63,987 nt of DNA, filler included, from Diploschistes diacapsis (GCA_023645945.1; 11 parts of 11 records of this genome joined end to end with filler, not necessarily neighbours in it); one strand, 5' to 3'; shown: positions 48,231 to 61,063, numbered from the whole stretch's first letter. Made by a program: numbers and translations. The notes: a model not told the origin generated them from the sequence alone.

Positions 48231-49276
48231 CTACCCCTTTGCCACAGAGGATTCCAGAGCCCTCCTTAAATGTTTGTTCATGTCCCTTCTTATCTCCTCG
48301 ATTATCTCCTTTGCAGGCTTGATATCTCTCACCAACCCAACTCCAGTCCCAGCATAACTTACCAGCCTCCCCTCCACCCCATACCCAATCTCCCCCTCCT
48401 TCTTCCCCAGTGCCCTCTTGTATCTTTCCATCGCTTCCTCCTTGTCCAACCCTTCAAGGTCCTCCTTCACACTCCGATTAACCAGTGCGCGTCCATCATA
48501 TTCCTTCGGAAAATTCCCAGTCCCCCTCAACTCATCGAACAGCCTCGTCTTGACCGTACTTACCCCCCCGTCCCACGCCTCTAATAGGTGCTCCCTGAAA
48601 CCCTCCGGCACCCCCGCCTCTTCCGCAGCCAAGAACCTTGTTCCCATGACCACTCCATCCGCCCCTAGCGCCAACGCCGCCGCCGCTCCTCGGCCATCGA
48701 CGATTCCACCCGCCGCCAAGACCGGTAGGTCTGGAAACCCAGCCGCGGCCAGCGCATCCTTAACCTCCGGCAAAAGCGTCATGATCCCCGCCGCCTTGGC
48801 CAGCTGATGCCCGCCCGCATCCGACCCCTGCGCAATAATCACCGTCTCCTCCCCGCACAGCCTCGCAACCTCCAGCGCGTCCGCAACGGTGCCGACCTGC
48901 ACCCACACCTGCACCGCCTCGTCCACCTCCCTCAGTGCCTTCGCCCACTCGGCGTACTCCCTCGCCCCCTCCCTCGCAGCAAACAGCCACACGACCGGCA
49001 CCTTGAAGTCTCGCACCAGAGCGACCGCCTCGTCGACAGACTCCTGGTATGTCTGGAACCCGACGCCCACGGGGGGCGTGTCGCTCGGCAGGTTTGGGTT
49101 CGAGGCACGGTTCTCGAGGAGGGAGGAGAGGATCTGCAGGAGGTGCTGGCGCGTGGTGCGCGGGTCGTGGTTGTTGGGGATGAAGCCGAGGCCGCCGGAG
49201 GAGGAGACGGCGAGGGCAAGGCCGGGGGTGGAGAAGGGGCGCATGGGGGCTGAGGAGAGGAGGGGCGATCGGGTCC
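48231..49276 (-). CDS. Nitronate monooxygenase / 2-nitropropane dioxygenase family, 5'-truncated
   Basis: SAPM, GGLGFI, QGSDAGGH, AAGGIVDGRG, GADGVVMGTRFLAAEE, YAGTGVGLV. Confidence 0.92.
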
Positions 49277-49376
49277 NNNNNNNNNNNNNNNNNNNNNNNN
49301 NNNNNNNNNNNNNNNNNNNNTTAATTAATTAANNNNNNNNNNNNNNNNNNNNNNNNNNNNNNNNNNNNNNNNNNNN

Positions 49377-49683
49377 GAATGTACGCATAAAACCACTCAT
49401 AATAATCATTTAAATAAAATATTTTTTGCTTGGTTAAAGCAGATTTTAAAAGATTCAAAAGTCCACTTTTTCGAATCGTTATTTTTAATTCGCTTAAAGA
49501 ATTTAATTGATGACCCAATCAATGTGCACTTTTTATCTATGATAGATAATTGCTTGAAAAGTAATATTTTGAAATAAAAATAAAAATTACGATTAATTTT
49601 GAATAATTATTGAAGATTTAAACTATTTCTTGGCAAAAGTGGCCGGAATCTGGGGGTGGCCGGAATCCCCGTGAAACACGTTA
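49377..49683. mobile_element. End of a Fot1/pogo-like element, family A (TIR 49639-49681, then TA)
   Basis: 43-bp exact reverse complement of 52804-52846, with two internal GATTCCGGCCAC repeats; AT-rich interior. Confidence 0.85.
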
Positions 49684-49699
49684 TATTAAATTATCGTAC

Positions 49700-49789
49700 G
49701 AATTGATTGCGTAAATATAATTATAATTCGTACGAATCGAGAAGGGTGTCCGCTCGCTATGAGTGTCCGCTCGCTATGCATATACGTTA
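49700..49789. mobile_element. Terminal fragment of Fot1/pogo-like family B
   Basis: Near-identical to 29529-29618; ends ACGT|TA. Confidence 0.75.
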
Positions 49790-50081
49790 ACCTTTGTTAA
49801 TTTATTTAAGTTTTAAACTTCAAGTGTAAAGCAGGGGTTTAGGGATGTACTCTCTCAAAATTAAAAAAGGCATGAGGTTTGGGCGTGCAACCCCCAATAA
49901 TCTACCCAGTTTTTTTTAAGGCTAGATTTTTGTCTAGTACTTACTGCTTCGCTTAGGAACTTGGAGGCTACTTGCCGACACATGATATTAATAATGATGA
50001 CAATACTTATCCGCCACAGATCTTAAGAACCGACAAATACACTGTCAGCTTTAACATAGGCGGAATAGGCATGCGAGAAGT

Positions 50082-52589
50082 CTACATCGTGAATATCAAG
50101 TGGCTATCGTCCTTCTTGAAGTTGCCTATGCTGCCGTTAACCCTCAAGGGTACGAGAACCTCGAATGTCTCGGCTAAAAGTTCTTGGCTTGCAGCCAGGA
50201 TGTCACCGCGCTTGTCATTGATAACCGCTTCAATACGGTCATCTGTTGCGGTCTCGTAGGCTTGCAATCTCGTTGTAAACTCGAACCGAATAGTCCATCT
50301 AAGTTGAACACCGGATGTCTTGAAATCGGGTGTGCCACCGAGGGGGATGACGAATCTAAGAGATACTCTATTGGCACATACTGTAGTCTCGCAGTGACTG
50401 CCGTGGATACGCCGTGTCGCTCGTAGGATACTGGTCTCGGATCGAAGGGCAATCGACGAGTCAATCTCTTCGGCACTTTCCAAATGAGCAGATACTGCGT
50501 AGCAAGGAACAACAGCCCCGCGAAAATCGACTAGTGTGTCTACTGTGTCTCCTAGCTTATATGTAGAACGGCCCAAGACGACAGTGGCAATACGTTGGCG
50601 AGTACGGTGAATGTCGAATTTATTCGCAGTTGGCCTTTTAACTGTGAATGAGATTCACGGGGGGTGCCGGGTTGACCTACCTATCTCCCTTCCTTTGGCT
50701 CGACGAGTGGGCCGGGTGTATATTGCCGTGGCCTCCTGCTCTCGCTGGTGAACGCAACTTGAAGCTTAACCGTCTATGTTGGTTTGAAAGCAGACGAACA
50801 ACAAGAGAAGCAAGATCGAGACCTCTGTCCTTTGCAGGAATCGCTTCAGGGTTGTTGCATTTGGCGGGACCCACTACCGCGGTAAGTGGATACGAATTGG
50901 CAGCATCGCGAAGGATGATGTGAGGGGATTTCAGATCATAGATAGGCAGCTCGCCGTTACCTAACGGTAGTAAGAAAAGAGCAATTGTGAAACAGTAAAA
51001 GCCATACCAAGAACATGCGGAAGTACTCTGAAAGGTATATTAACATAACGCAGATGGTGTGATCGCGAAGATGCTCGGGGACACTGGATTCCTACTGTTA
51101 ATTGGTAACCGACCTTCATAGCACGTCCCTTGCAACTGGGGGGTAATGTCGAGGGTAAAAGATACGTATAACGAAAACTGCGCATTTCACCTGCTTCAAG
51201 CACCAAGTCCACGAACAACACAGATTGCGGAGTAGAAATTATAGGAACAGCCTTTGCACTGGCCATGCCTTTCATCACTCGCATGGTACTAGGCTCCTGT
51301 GGACCAATTAGCCCACCAAGAGAATGGCTGAAGTTGCTCCAGCCTAGAGAGGCGAACATCCCACTGTCGCTTTTGGAAGACCCAACTCCAACCACACCAC
51401 CACCGTCCTGTCCGCCAATGATTCCCTTTTTCTTAATTGGTTCAAAGAGGCCCACTTTAATCAAAGAACTATCGAGGGTAAAAGAGCCCGTTAATTGCAC
51501 GTAACCCATCATGATAGTTGCTGCGGAAGGGGTCGATGCATGAGAACAGGGACTGCGTGTCATATGCGGAACTTCGGATACCCGCACTGTCGCTTCCGCT
51601 ATTCTAGGCAAAACATACTCGGATGTAAGGCTTTCTGTTGACTGATTGCCTTGAGAATGAGACTCTATACTGCTCCTCGGAGTCTCAGTAGTATGAAGGG
51701 GGGAGGAGAGCTGGCTTTTCCTAGTACCATCAAGATCAAGCAGGAAATCTTCTCCACGTTCATCTCTAGTAGAGTTGCTTAAAGGCTCGAGGTCCAGAGG
51801 GTTGGTCGGCCGCTCTTCGGAGTTGGGTGGATGTGGAGCATGGGTAGTCTCTCCACCTTCAATACCGCTCGAGATAACCCTAAGGGTGTTTGAACCTTGC
51901 GGACTTTCCCTTTGGGACCCGCACATCAGGCCCGAACCTGGGCCCCCGTCCTCTAACGGCAGGTTTTGATACCAGTACGAGCTCTCTATGGTTCGATCAA
52001 GCCGATATTGAGAACTACCGGCTTCACGGCCTGTTGTGAGCCAGGATAACAAGGAAGAAGCTGTCCGTGAATGAGCAGTCCTTGATGCATTCTGGAGACT
52101 ATTCGCGCGACTATGGAATTTACCACCATCCGAAGAGGGGGCGCCTTTGCCGCTACGGTAATCCGATTCCACTTTATGGTGTTTGGGACCTAATGCATTT
52201 ATGGACACTGATCGATTGTGCTTTTGCGCGCGAGATGCTAGGGAAGTATCATACACTACCCGTTGAGATTTGGACGAAGAAAGGACTGTCGCTTGACCGT
52301 AGGTTGGGGGTAATAGCGGGTAGCATTGCTGCATTTCGATCGGTTGCGCAGGTCTATTGTTGCTCTGTCGTGGTGGTAGAGTTCTTCTGACAGTTATAGG
52401 CAGCTGTCTTGGGGCGTCAAACTTCCAATGACGGCACCGAGGCTGTGCGGCTTTTTCGACCATATAATATGGCGACTCTGGCGGAGGCAACACAGGAGCA
52501 ACATTCTTGAAGGTAATTGTGCATGCGATGTTCTGGCCAGCAAAGATAGCAGGACTATCCCAATCTATAGTTATCTCGATGTTGGACAT
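50082..52589 (-). CDS. RGP1: Rgp1-family subunit of the Ypt6/Rab6 GEF complex
   Basis: IFAGQNIACTITFKN, MMGYVQLTGSFTLD, GGGGVVG-like QDGGGVVG, PIISTPQSVLFVDL, LPPSCKGR, YKLGDTV, TPDFKTSGVQLRW. Intron about 50960-51006; junction near 50640-50770 unresolved. Confidence 0.85.
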
Positions 52590-52801
52590 TGCGAACCATG
52601 CAGTTAACCATTGGCGGTACCTATCTCAAAAGCATGCTGTTTAGAGAACTGACAAAGAGAACGACTGGCAAAGTAAGCTGCTCTACAAAATATGAGAATC
52701 GTTATCACTAGAGTGTTGCCCCTAGTAACCGAACGGAGCCTAGTAACCGAACATCTATAAGCGCTTTTTACACCCAAAATGCCCTTCCCTTTTTTATCCA
52801 T

Positions 52802-53001
52802 TAACGTGTTTCACGGGGATTCCGGCCACCCCCAGATTCCGGCCACCTCAAATCACTATTTTCATCTTATATTCGATTTTTCTCAACAATAACTACCTCG
52901 TATGGTAATAATTCGATTTTAATAGAATTTAATATTAACGACTGTTTATAGGTCCTAAAATTATAATAATATAATAACATTCGAGAAATTATTCGCGTAT
53001 T
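52802..53001. mobile_element. Opposite end of a Fot1/pogo-like family A element (TA, then TIR 52804-52846)
   Basis: TA|ACGTGTTTCACGGGGATTCCGGCCACCCCCAGATTCCGGCCAC followed by AT-rich sequence. Confidence 0.85.
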
Positions 53002-53079
53002 TGTTATGATCTCTATCTATACAAGGTATACACGAGTAGGATCAAGGTGGGTTTGGTCTCTGTTAGAAGAGGAATGTGG
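53002..53079 (+). mobile_element. LTR start nested in the pogo-like element
   Basis: TGTTATGATCTC...; matches the reverse complement of 26475-26552. Confidence 0.7.
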
Positions 53080-53863
53080 NNNNNNNNNNNNNNNNNNNNN
53101 NNNNNNNNNNNNNNNNNNNNNNNTTAATTAATTAANNNNNNNNNNNNNNNNNNNNNNNNNNNNNNNNNNNNNNNNNNNNTTCCATGCTTATACCGATAAA
53201 CTCAATCGATTTACTACTCATGCAGAAGGACAAAGACAGACTCCGCAGGCGGGCAGGCGAACTGCGGCCGGATATCTTTCCGTCATTCAGATGGCGGAAT
53301 GGTGACGTCGTCGATGCTGCTTTTTCCCTCAGTTCTAACAAACCATCCCATCCCAAAACTCGACATTGAATTTTTTTTTGGTTCTTCCATGGCATGCAAG
53401 CTTCCGCTACATGAACCAGTATCAGCAACCAGAGGCCTCGGTAGGGCTTTTTCGAGAACAGGTACTTTTCACCCATCTTCCAAGCTCCCTTCTTCACTCT
53501 GCACCAGGGGGGGCGCACCTCCTCCAGTACACGGCTGCTTATTTACCCTTGTTCTTACCCCCCCCTACCCCCCCCATTGCACAACGAGGCCATCTGAACA
53601 TCACCCGTTTGTTTGTTTACCGTATGCCTTTCGCCCGGTATCCCCGTCTGCTAGATCTGTTCCCCTTTTACGCGTGTGCGGTAGCGGCGATAGTGCTTGG
53701 CTTACTCGTGTCTCTGTACTTTGCAGCTGCGAGCTCGTCGAGCTTGAATCATTCGCCGGGCTTTGCTGCGGACTTGCGGAAAGGTGTTGGTGCTGGGACG
53801 GAGAAAGAGATTGGAATCGAGATCGAGAGGGGACAAGAGGGAGAAGAAGGAACGTTGGTGGAG

Positions 53864-54726
53864 ATGGCGACCAAACCGAGCATGGAGAATCAGAACGGTA
53901 GGTGAAGTTTGTTTTCGTTCTGGAGTTGGTCGGTGTTGTGAGCTGGCGGTGTGGAATCAGAGAGGAGGGAGAAGTTGGGAGGAGATGGAGGTTAGAAGGT
54001 AGCCACTAGTTGCATTGCCGAAGCTTGTCTACTGTCACTTGCCCTGCTTATGCCTCGATCTTTGGAGTCGCTTATTCCTCCTCTCCCCCAACCTGGTGTC
54101 CCTTGCCCTACATTCTATCTATACTTACCATATCGTTGCGCCTCCTCCATGCATCCACGCTGATCAAGTAATACTGGCTAACGCATTACCACTTCCAGTC
54201 TACAAAAAGCCCCTCGCCCTCTTCTCCAAGCGCCCTGTGACGGGCTTCTACCGCGACGGCTACTGCCGCGTTGGCCCCGAAGACGCCGGGAACCACAGCG
54301 TCGCCGGCGTGCTGACGGACGAGTTCCTCGACTTCACAGCCTCCAAGGGCAACAATCTGAGAGCGGCCGGCCTCACCGCGGGCTGCAAGTGGTGCCTATG
54401 CGCAAGCCGGTGGAAGGAGGCAATGGATGCGGCGGACGGGCCAGAAGACAAGAAGGTGCCAAAGTATGTGATTTGGCTATCCTTGCTCCGTGATTGCATT
54501 TGAATCAAGTGGAGTGTTGCTGATGTGGATGACTTACAGGGTCTTTCTTCACGCTACGGCCGACGCAGCACTCGACACCGTCAGCATGGATGATTTGCGG
54601 AAGTATGCCGCCGAACCTGAGAATTTCACGGGCTCTCAGAGGAGGGGCGTGGTGCAGAATCCGGCACCGATCGTGAAACCTAGCGTTGGCGGCACGAGGG
54701 GTGGGGCGGGGGACAATGAGCACTAG
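53864..54726 (+). CDS. DUF2237 family protein
   Basis: Introns 53898-54198 and 54464-54539 give ..NVYKKPL..TGFYRDGYC..D.GNH..EFLDF..GNNL..WCLCASRW..VPKVFLHAT. Start at 53864 or 53882. Confidence 0.85.
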
Positions 54727-55438
54727 GCTGGCGTGATGTGTAATACTTTGTAAAAGAGATATGGATGCGCTCGGTCACTCGGGAGGCAGGTAGATGCTGT
54801 GTTCCCTCGATCTGGAGTATGGAGATAGCATTGAGGAGGAGCTTGATTACGGAACGACGAACATTTGTGTCGTTAATCAACGCAATCAAAAGGTACATGC
54901 ACATAACCTTCACTATGTAATATCGTGTACCATCTTCGCTCTCACTCACGTGGATGCCTCTATCCATCTTCAAACCCAACAGCCAATCGGCCCCATACCG
55001 AGCCCTAATCTCCACCAATTGAATTCTCAGCCCTACCCACCCAACCTAAGCGAATTTATAGACACCGACCTCGATAATTCCGGCGGCCCGCCGAGAAAGG
55101 TTTCTGAAGCGCGTATTTGGGGCTTTTTGCGACGACGACGACGACGACGACAAAGCCAACGGCAGTAAGAACAGTGGTGAACCGTGCTGGGATAGCCACT
55201 CGGTGAGCGAGGCCCTGTTTTTGAAACATCGAGATCCCGCGTGCTGGCTGTGGATGCTGCTGCAGCACCCCAAAAACCTCCAACGCCAAGTCTCCTTTGC
55301 GACCTCTTTCCTCTCCATCCTCCTTTTAAACGACCCCAGCTGACCAGCATCCCCCTCTCTCCAATAGATTGCTTCCGAACCCACAACCCCACAGCCTCCC
55401 TTCTTCGATCAACCACAACATAACCACAACCGCCGACA

Positions 55439-56532
55439 ATGGCGCCCGCCAAATCTCGCGCCGGACAGAAGTCGTCCGCCGGTAAAGCGTCCAGAAGCGC
55501 CATCTCGGACGTGGTGGCGAGGGAATACACAATTCACTTGCACAAGAGGGTATGTGTAACTTTTCTCTTGCTTGGGGTTTGGGCGAGTTGAAGGCGGCGC
55601 TTGGGGGGGATATGGGTTTTGTGGGTTGGGCGTTGAAAGGGGTGGGAAGAGGAGGGCAGTGCGTTCAGTGAAGGACGAAGACGGGCGGCGGGAGGCAGTC
55701 TTGGGCTGGGGATAATGGCGCGGTTGAAAGAGCGGTGGTAGGCTGACGCGGTGAAGAGGATAAGAAACAGCTGCGATCGGGGACCTCTTTGTTCGAGGCT
55801 GTATCTAGTCACTTGTTTTTCTGGGCTCAATTGTGGCTGCCCCTCGAGGAGGAACAAGAGAAGCGGAAGGAAGCGAAGGCAAAGAGCAGGGCTTACAACA
55901 CTCGAACACTTCGTCTTGACATGTACGGACCACGCGTCGCAATACAAGGCTGCTGGGATTTCTTCAATTCTTCTGGCAAACCGTCCATGGACAAACCAGG
56001 CTGACATCTATCTTTCACAGGTCTTCGGCCTACAGTTCAAGAAACGAGCCCCTCGCGCCATCAAGGAAATCCGCAAGTTCGCCGAAAAGGCCATGGTACG
56101 TCCATTCGCTCCCTTACCTCCTTCCATTTCCTTGTGTTCCCCTCTGCATTTATATCTTCTTATCCCTCCAATCTTCCTGTCCTTTGCCAACAACATCTAC
56201 CTATCTGCTTGTTCATCCATCCTTTTTTGCCCTTCACTTCTCCTCTCTTTCTTTCTATTTCCTTTCCCTTCCTTCTTTTTCCTTTCTACCTCTTCCTTCA
56301 CTCACCCCACTGAACCTACTCCCAGGGCACGCACGACGTCCGCCTCGACCCGCAGCTCAACAAAAAAGTCTGGGAGTGCGGCGTCAAGGGCGTACCGCAC
56401 CGGCTGCGCGTGCGCATCTCGCGCAAGCGCAACGACGAGGAGGACGCAAAGGAGAAGCTGTACTCGTACGTGCAGGCGGTCAATGTCAAGAATCCAAAGG
56501 GACTGCAGACGGTTGTTGTGGAGGATGCGTAG
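55439..56532 (+). CDS. RPL31: 60S ribosomal protein eL31
   Basis: Exons 55439-55549, 56021-56095, 56326-56532: DVVAREYTIHLHKR|VFGLQFKKRAPRAIKEIRKFA..M|GTHDVRLDPQLNKKVW..RLRVRISRKRN. Confidence 0.97.
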
Positions 56533-56981
56533 GGGCGAGGAGATGGGAGGTAAGGGAAAAGGGGGGGGGGATGCTTGCATTGAGTTGTTGTGTCCAATCC
56601 AATTTCAGAGATTCGACGTGATCGATGAGAGTATGCGATAACGTGCGAGAGCTATTGTTTCTCGTGCTGCGCGCTTGGTCGCTTCCAAACCGCTCTCAGT
56701 GCCATGTGCGCGTGTTGACACATATGCCCCGTACGATAATATGCACCATCTTCTACCAAGCCCCATACGATACCACAGCCCGTCACGCCCCCGTATCCCT
56801 AGTTGGTTCCACGCCAAAATCATCCACCCTGCTATTGGAGAAACTCCTTTCCTTTGCTTGATGGCATAGCAGACACGGGGGNNNNNNNNNNNNNNNNNNN
56901 NNNNNNNNNNNNNNNNNNNNNNNNNTTAATTAATTAANNNNNNNNNNNNNNNNNNNNNNNNNNNNNNNNNNNNNNNNNNNN

Positions 56982-57310
56982 GTGACAGGCCGGGCGAGGG
57001 GAAGAGGGTGTGGCTCGAGGCGTTGGCGGAGAGGATGTTGCTTAGGACACTGGAGGGGGGGTGTAGTGTGCCGCTTGGGGTTGAAACGGAGTGGACGGGG
57101 CAAGACGAGATGGCCATGAGGGCTATGGTTATGAGCGTGGATGGGACAAAGGAGGTCAGGGGGTTTAGGACGTTCCGGATAAGGAGTCGCGAGGAGGCGG
57201 AAGAGGCCGGGCTGGCCATGGCGAGGGACATGGTGGAGAAGGGGGCAGGGGAAATATTGGAGGGCATCACGCTCAATCGGAAGATCATTCAGGAAAGCGG
57301 AGGCGCTTAA
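56982..57310 (+). CDS. HEM3: 3' fragment of porphobilinogen deaminase
   Basis: AERMLLRTLEGGCSVPLGV (cofactor-binding Cys), SVDGT, KGAGEIL. Confidence 0.88.
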
Positions 57311-57689
57311 AACGGAAGTTGTGGGCTTGTTGACCTCTTTTTTTCTGTTGAACACATTGCTGTGGAAGGTATGGCTGCTGTTTATAGCCTCCCTTTGCTC
57401 CCTTGGCTTGTTGGAAGCAGCTGGCATCGGCGAATCCTCCGCAGCTGCACTATGCTTACCAAACCTGAAATATCTCGCGTGAGAAGCAAACAGACTATGC
57501 TGACTCCTCACGACGCCCAAACTTCCTAGGAAGAGTCAGCTGGATGATTAGTATACTCGAAACACCCAATGCCCGTCCATTGCGCTATCCCACGCTACGC
57601 CAAAACCCCCAGGTATCATGTACTCGCAGTTTCGTCATAACCCAGCCACTCGATTCTCTCTTTCCTCGCTGATCGCTCACACACTGATA

Positions 57690-60620
57690 TCACGCCCTTC
57701 CCGCCGCGGTAGACCCCCTCGTCCTCCTCGCCACCCCACCCTCCTGTTGTAGCGTGCCCGCCGCTCCAGCAGCCGCAATTTCCGCATCGTTTCCCTTGCC
57801 CCTCCCACCCTTATGGGCCGTCTCGCCCTCCTCTTCCATCTGGCCATCCTTGCCCTTCTGTCTCGCTCCAATCTTCCTCATCAGCCGCGCCCTCCACTTC
57901 CCTGCCTCCGGGTCCTCGTAGCCTACCTGCGTCAGTTGCACTGGCTTTTCTACTGCTTCGTAGTCATCGTCGTTTTCGGTTGCCAGTAGCTCGTCGTGAG
58001 AAGTCAGGGCGGAGGTCGTGAGGGATATGGATTTTGACGCGACAGTACCAACTCCGGCGTTCGCGGCTGCTGGGATTACAGCCACTCCAGGAGCGGCGAC
58101 ACTCGTGTCTATGGGCGTGCCTAGGTCGTCCGTGTTCAAGGTACCGATGCTGCTAGCCCGAGAGAGACCAGTGTTGAGAGGAAGGGCATTGCCGCTGCCG
58201 CTCCTGTTGGAAAGATTAGATGCTGCGCGGCCGAGGAGTTGGCGGGTGCGGCGCCGCCGAGTAGATTCTGCGTTGTCTGCGCCAACTGAGTTGGAAAGAG
58301 CGCGTTTTGATATAGTGGATTTGTTGTCAAGGTCGACATGTGAGTGTACGCCTTTATGGTGGGCCAAAAGGGAAGTTATGGCGTCGGTAAGGGCGTCGCG
58401 GTCCGAGTTATGACGAGAAATGGACGGATTGTGGCCTACAGTTTTTGAAGGGGAGATCGGAAGCCCCGTTGGAGAGTTCGGAGAACGTTCTTTGAGGGGC
58501 ACAGGACGGGGTTGCGAACTGGGCCGCGTGGTCTCCTTTGGTAATGGATGTAGTGATGATTTGCTCTCTTGCGCCTCGTTTTCGGTGCCGTCATCGTCTT
58601 CGGCAAATGGCCCGCGGGTGGCAATCTGCTCAGTCGGCGGCGTGGGAGAACGTTCTCCCTCTGACTTGACGTTCTTTTCAGGTACATTCGGCCTCCTCCC
58701 TACCTGTAGCGGGCTATCGGTGTCTAGTTCTGGAGCTTTAGGTACTTCTTCTTCCCTCTCACGGTCTCGCTTTGTTTGAGCTTCGGGACATAACAAGTAA
58801 TCATCAAAGTGCTTTTTCCTTCCAGCTATGATCGAATCCCATAGCCACTCAGCCTTAACAGCAGGAATTCGCCACTGAAGGGCTGCTGTGACTTTCTCCC
58901 GATCCAGCGAGCCGTCGTTGCAAACAAGAATAGACGTCGAGTTTGAAAGAGCTTCATCGTAGCGGGCGCCTTGAAAATTGTCAAATCACCTCTTAGCCCT
59001 GGGGAATAGTGCGGACGTACCTAGTAGCCTTACTGTCTTGGACACATGTAGAAGATCTATGCCCGTGAATGCGGTGGAAGATATAGAAAGGCCCTTGAAA
59101 TCTAGTAAAATTGAGTTGGTATCCGAAAGGGGGGGGGGGGTCCAGGTATTACCTACCAGTGATAGGAAAATTGAAAGGATTGTAGATAACGCGAGCCAAA
59201 GGTTCCACACTTTCTTTACGGTACAAGCATTGCTCGACCCAGAACTCTGTCAAAACGTTCGGAATTGGCGAATCTTGCGTGGCTTGCAGTTTCGAGGCCG
59301 GGGCATTATGAGGGACAAGAATGAAAGAATCGTCAGTAAGCGTAGATTGCTGAGTATCCTGAGAGTACTCCGAAACAGATTCAGCATCATTGGATGAAAG
59401 GCATCCTTGAAGCACGGTAGTCTAGCTCTGTCAGTTACTGGCACCCACGAGTGAGTTGGGAAGGCTTTAACCTGTCTCAAGTCAAAGCCATGAAGAAAAA
59501 ATCTTTTACCATGGAAGATGCCCTTTGGTCGCGACACTAGTTGTGTTGTATGTTGCTTTTGCTGAACTAAAGCCGGCTTATTCTCAGAAGCCACTGAGTC
59601 TGGCTCACGGCTTGCCTGCTCGGCTTTCTCCTCGTCGCCCCATTTGGAGGTGGGAACAGATCGCGGCTGCGGAGCTGCTGTTATAATATCTGACCAAAAA
59701 CCGTCGCTTTGGCTATCCAATTTCGAGCTAGCAGACCTCCGTAGTTTGCGTCCAGGCAAAGCAAACACATCGTCTTCTCTTTTCCTTTTTGTAATGCTAG
59801 CTGCTGAAACTGAACGTCGAACCCAGGCACCTTTGCCTCGCTCAGAGTCTTCGAGCAGGGGATCGTAGAGAGCTTCGTCAAGAATCATGCCCCTTTCCAA
59901 ACTTTGCTCGAACCATTCGATTGCGACGACTTTGATCCCCCATAGTTTTGCGTGCTTATACTTGGCTCCGCTGGGGCTGCGGGCAATCAAATGGGTGATC
60001 TCTCTCGAAAGATCTCCTCGATATTCAGCGCCATGCAACTTCGCCGTCTCTTCAATCCGCTTCCGAAATGCCACTATGATCCGCATGAGTCTTGCAACTT
60101 CTTCATCTTGGGCAAAGGTGCATACAGTCTTCGAAACCGGTAACACAAATTCTCAAGCCCATGAACGTCGGTAGCCTGTACTTTGCCTCGAACGGTTCAA
60201 TGTCCAGTTCGCCACCACCCATCCATGCTTCACGTACGGCATGTACCCATTCTGCTAAAAGGCATTTGACGTCCGGCCGCTCTTTAGCAACATATTTATA
60301 TTTTGGTGTCTCAATGTCCCCGACAATCAAGTGCGTAACATCGGAGGTAAGATCGAGCTTGCTGGAGGCGCCCATTTGTGCTGCGATTGCGGAGAGTTCA
60401 GACTAGAGCTTACGAGATTAGTAGGCTTTCGCTCAGGACCATAGTCAAGATCTATCGAGATAATAGAAGATGGAGTACGTACCCGTTGCTCGGGAGGAAT
60501 GGACGTGCAGCACAGGATGACCCCGGCCAGCGGAAGCTGAGATCTGTCGCCCGCTGTTACTATTAGCTTATTTCTACAACTCAATAGAGAGCCATCACCA
60601 TGCTTTCCATCCATCGCCAT
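57690..60620 (-). CDS. DPB11: Multi-BRCT replication initiation/checkpoint scaffold (Dpb11/Rad4-Cut5/TopBP1)
   Basis: PLAGVILCCTSI, DLTSDVTHLIVGD..TPKYKYVA, FMGLRICVTGF, THLIA..SGAKY, SLERGMILDE, further BRCT repeats and a disordered C-terminus with TQVGYEDP. Several introns. Confidence 0.9.
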
Positions 60621-60782
60621 CACCCCTAGTCATCTGCTAGATATCATTGAAATCGTTATTACAGCGTTAATCTCCCAACGCTNNNNNNNNNNNNNNNNNN
60701 NNNNNNNNNNNNNNNNNNNNNNNNNNTTAATTAATTAANNNNNNNNNNNNNNNNNNNNNNNNNNNNNNNNNNNNNNNNNNNN

Positions 60783-61063
60783 GAGAGGGAGTAGGTGGAT
60801 AACAGGTTCGGAGGGAGGGAGGAGAAGGGCAGGGCGCGGAGGGACAGCGGCGATGAAGCGTTCTTTTCCTTGGATTCATCCGTAGAGAGAGCGAGCATGC
60901 AGTACGTTTGGCCATCGTGATCAAAATCGGAACCCTTGTCCAGGATAGCAATCACATTGCCATGCGTTATATTCTCTGTAGCGCCATTTCTTTGAATAAC
61001 GATTGCTTCCTTATCCGTACTCTGCACAGTATAGCACGTCGCCGGCGCAAGCGCTTCACTCAT
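60783..61063 (-). CDS. 5' fragment of an unidentified protein, truncated by the contig end
   Basis: ORF MSEALAPATCYTVQ... stays open to the linker; family not determinable. Confidence 0.4.

Noticed and set aside
53366..53905. 179-aa ORF with a hydrophobic segment
   Set aside because: Its end is better explained as exon 1 of the DUF2237 gene; the upstream part has no support, though an N-terminal extension is not excluded.
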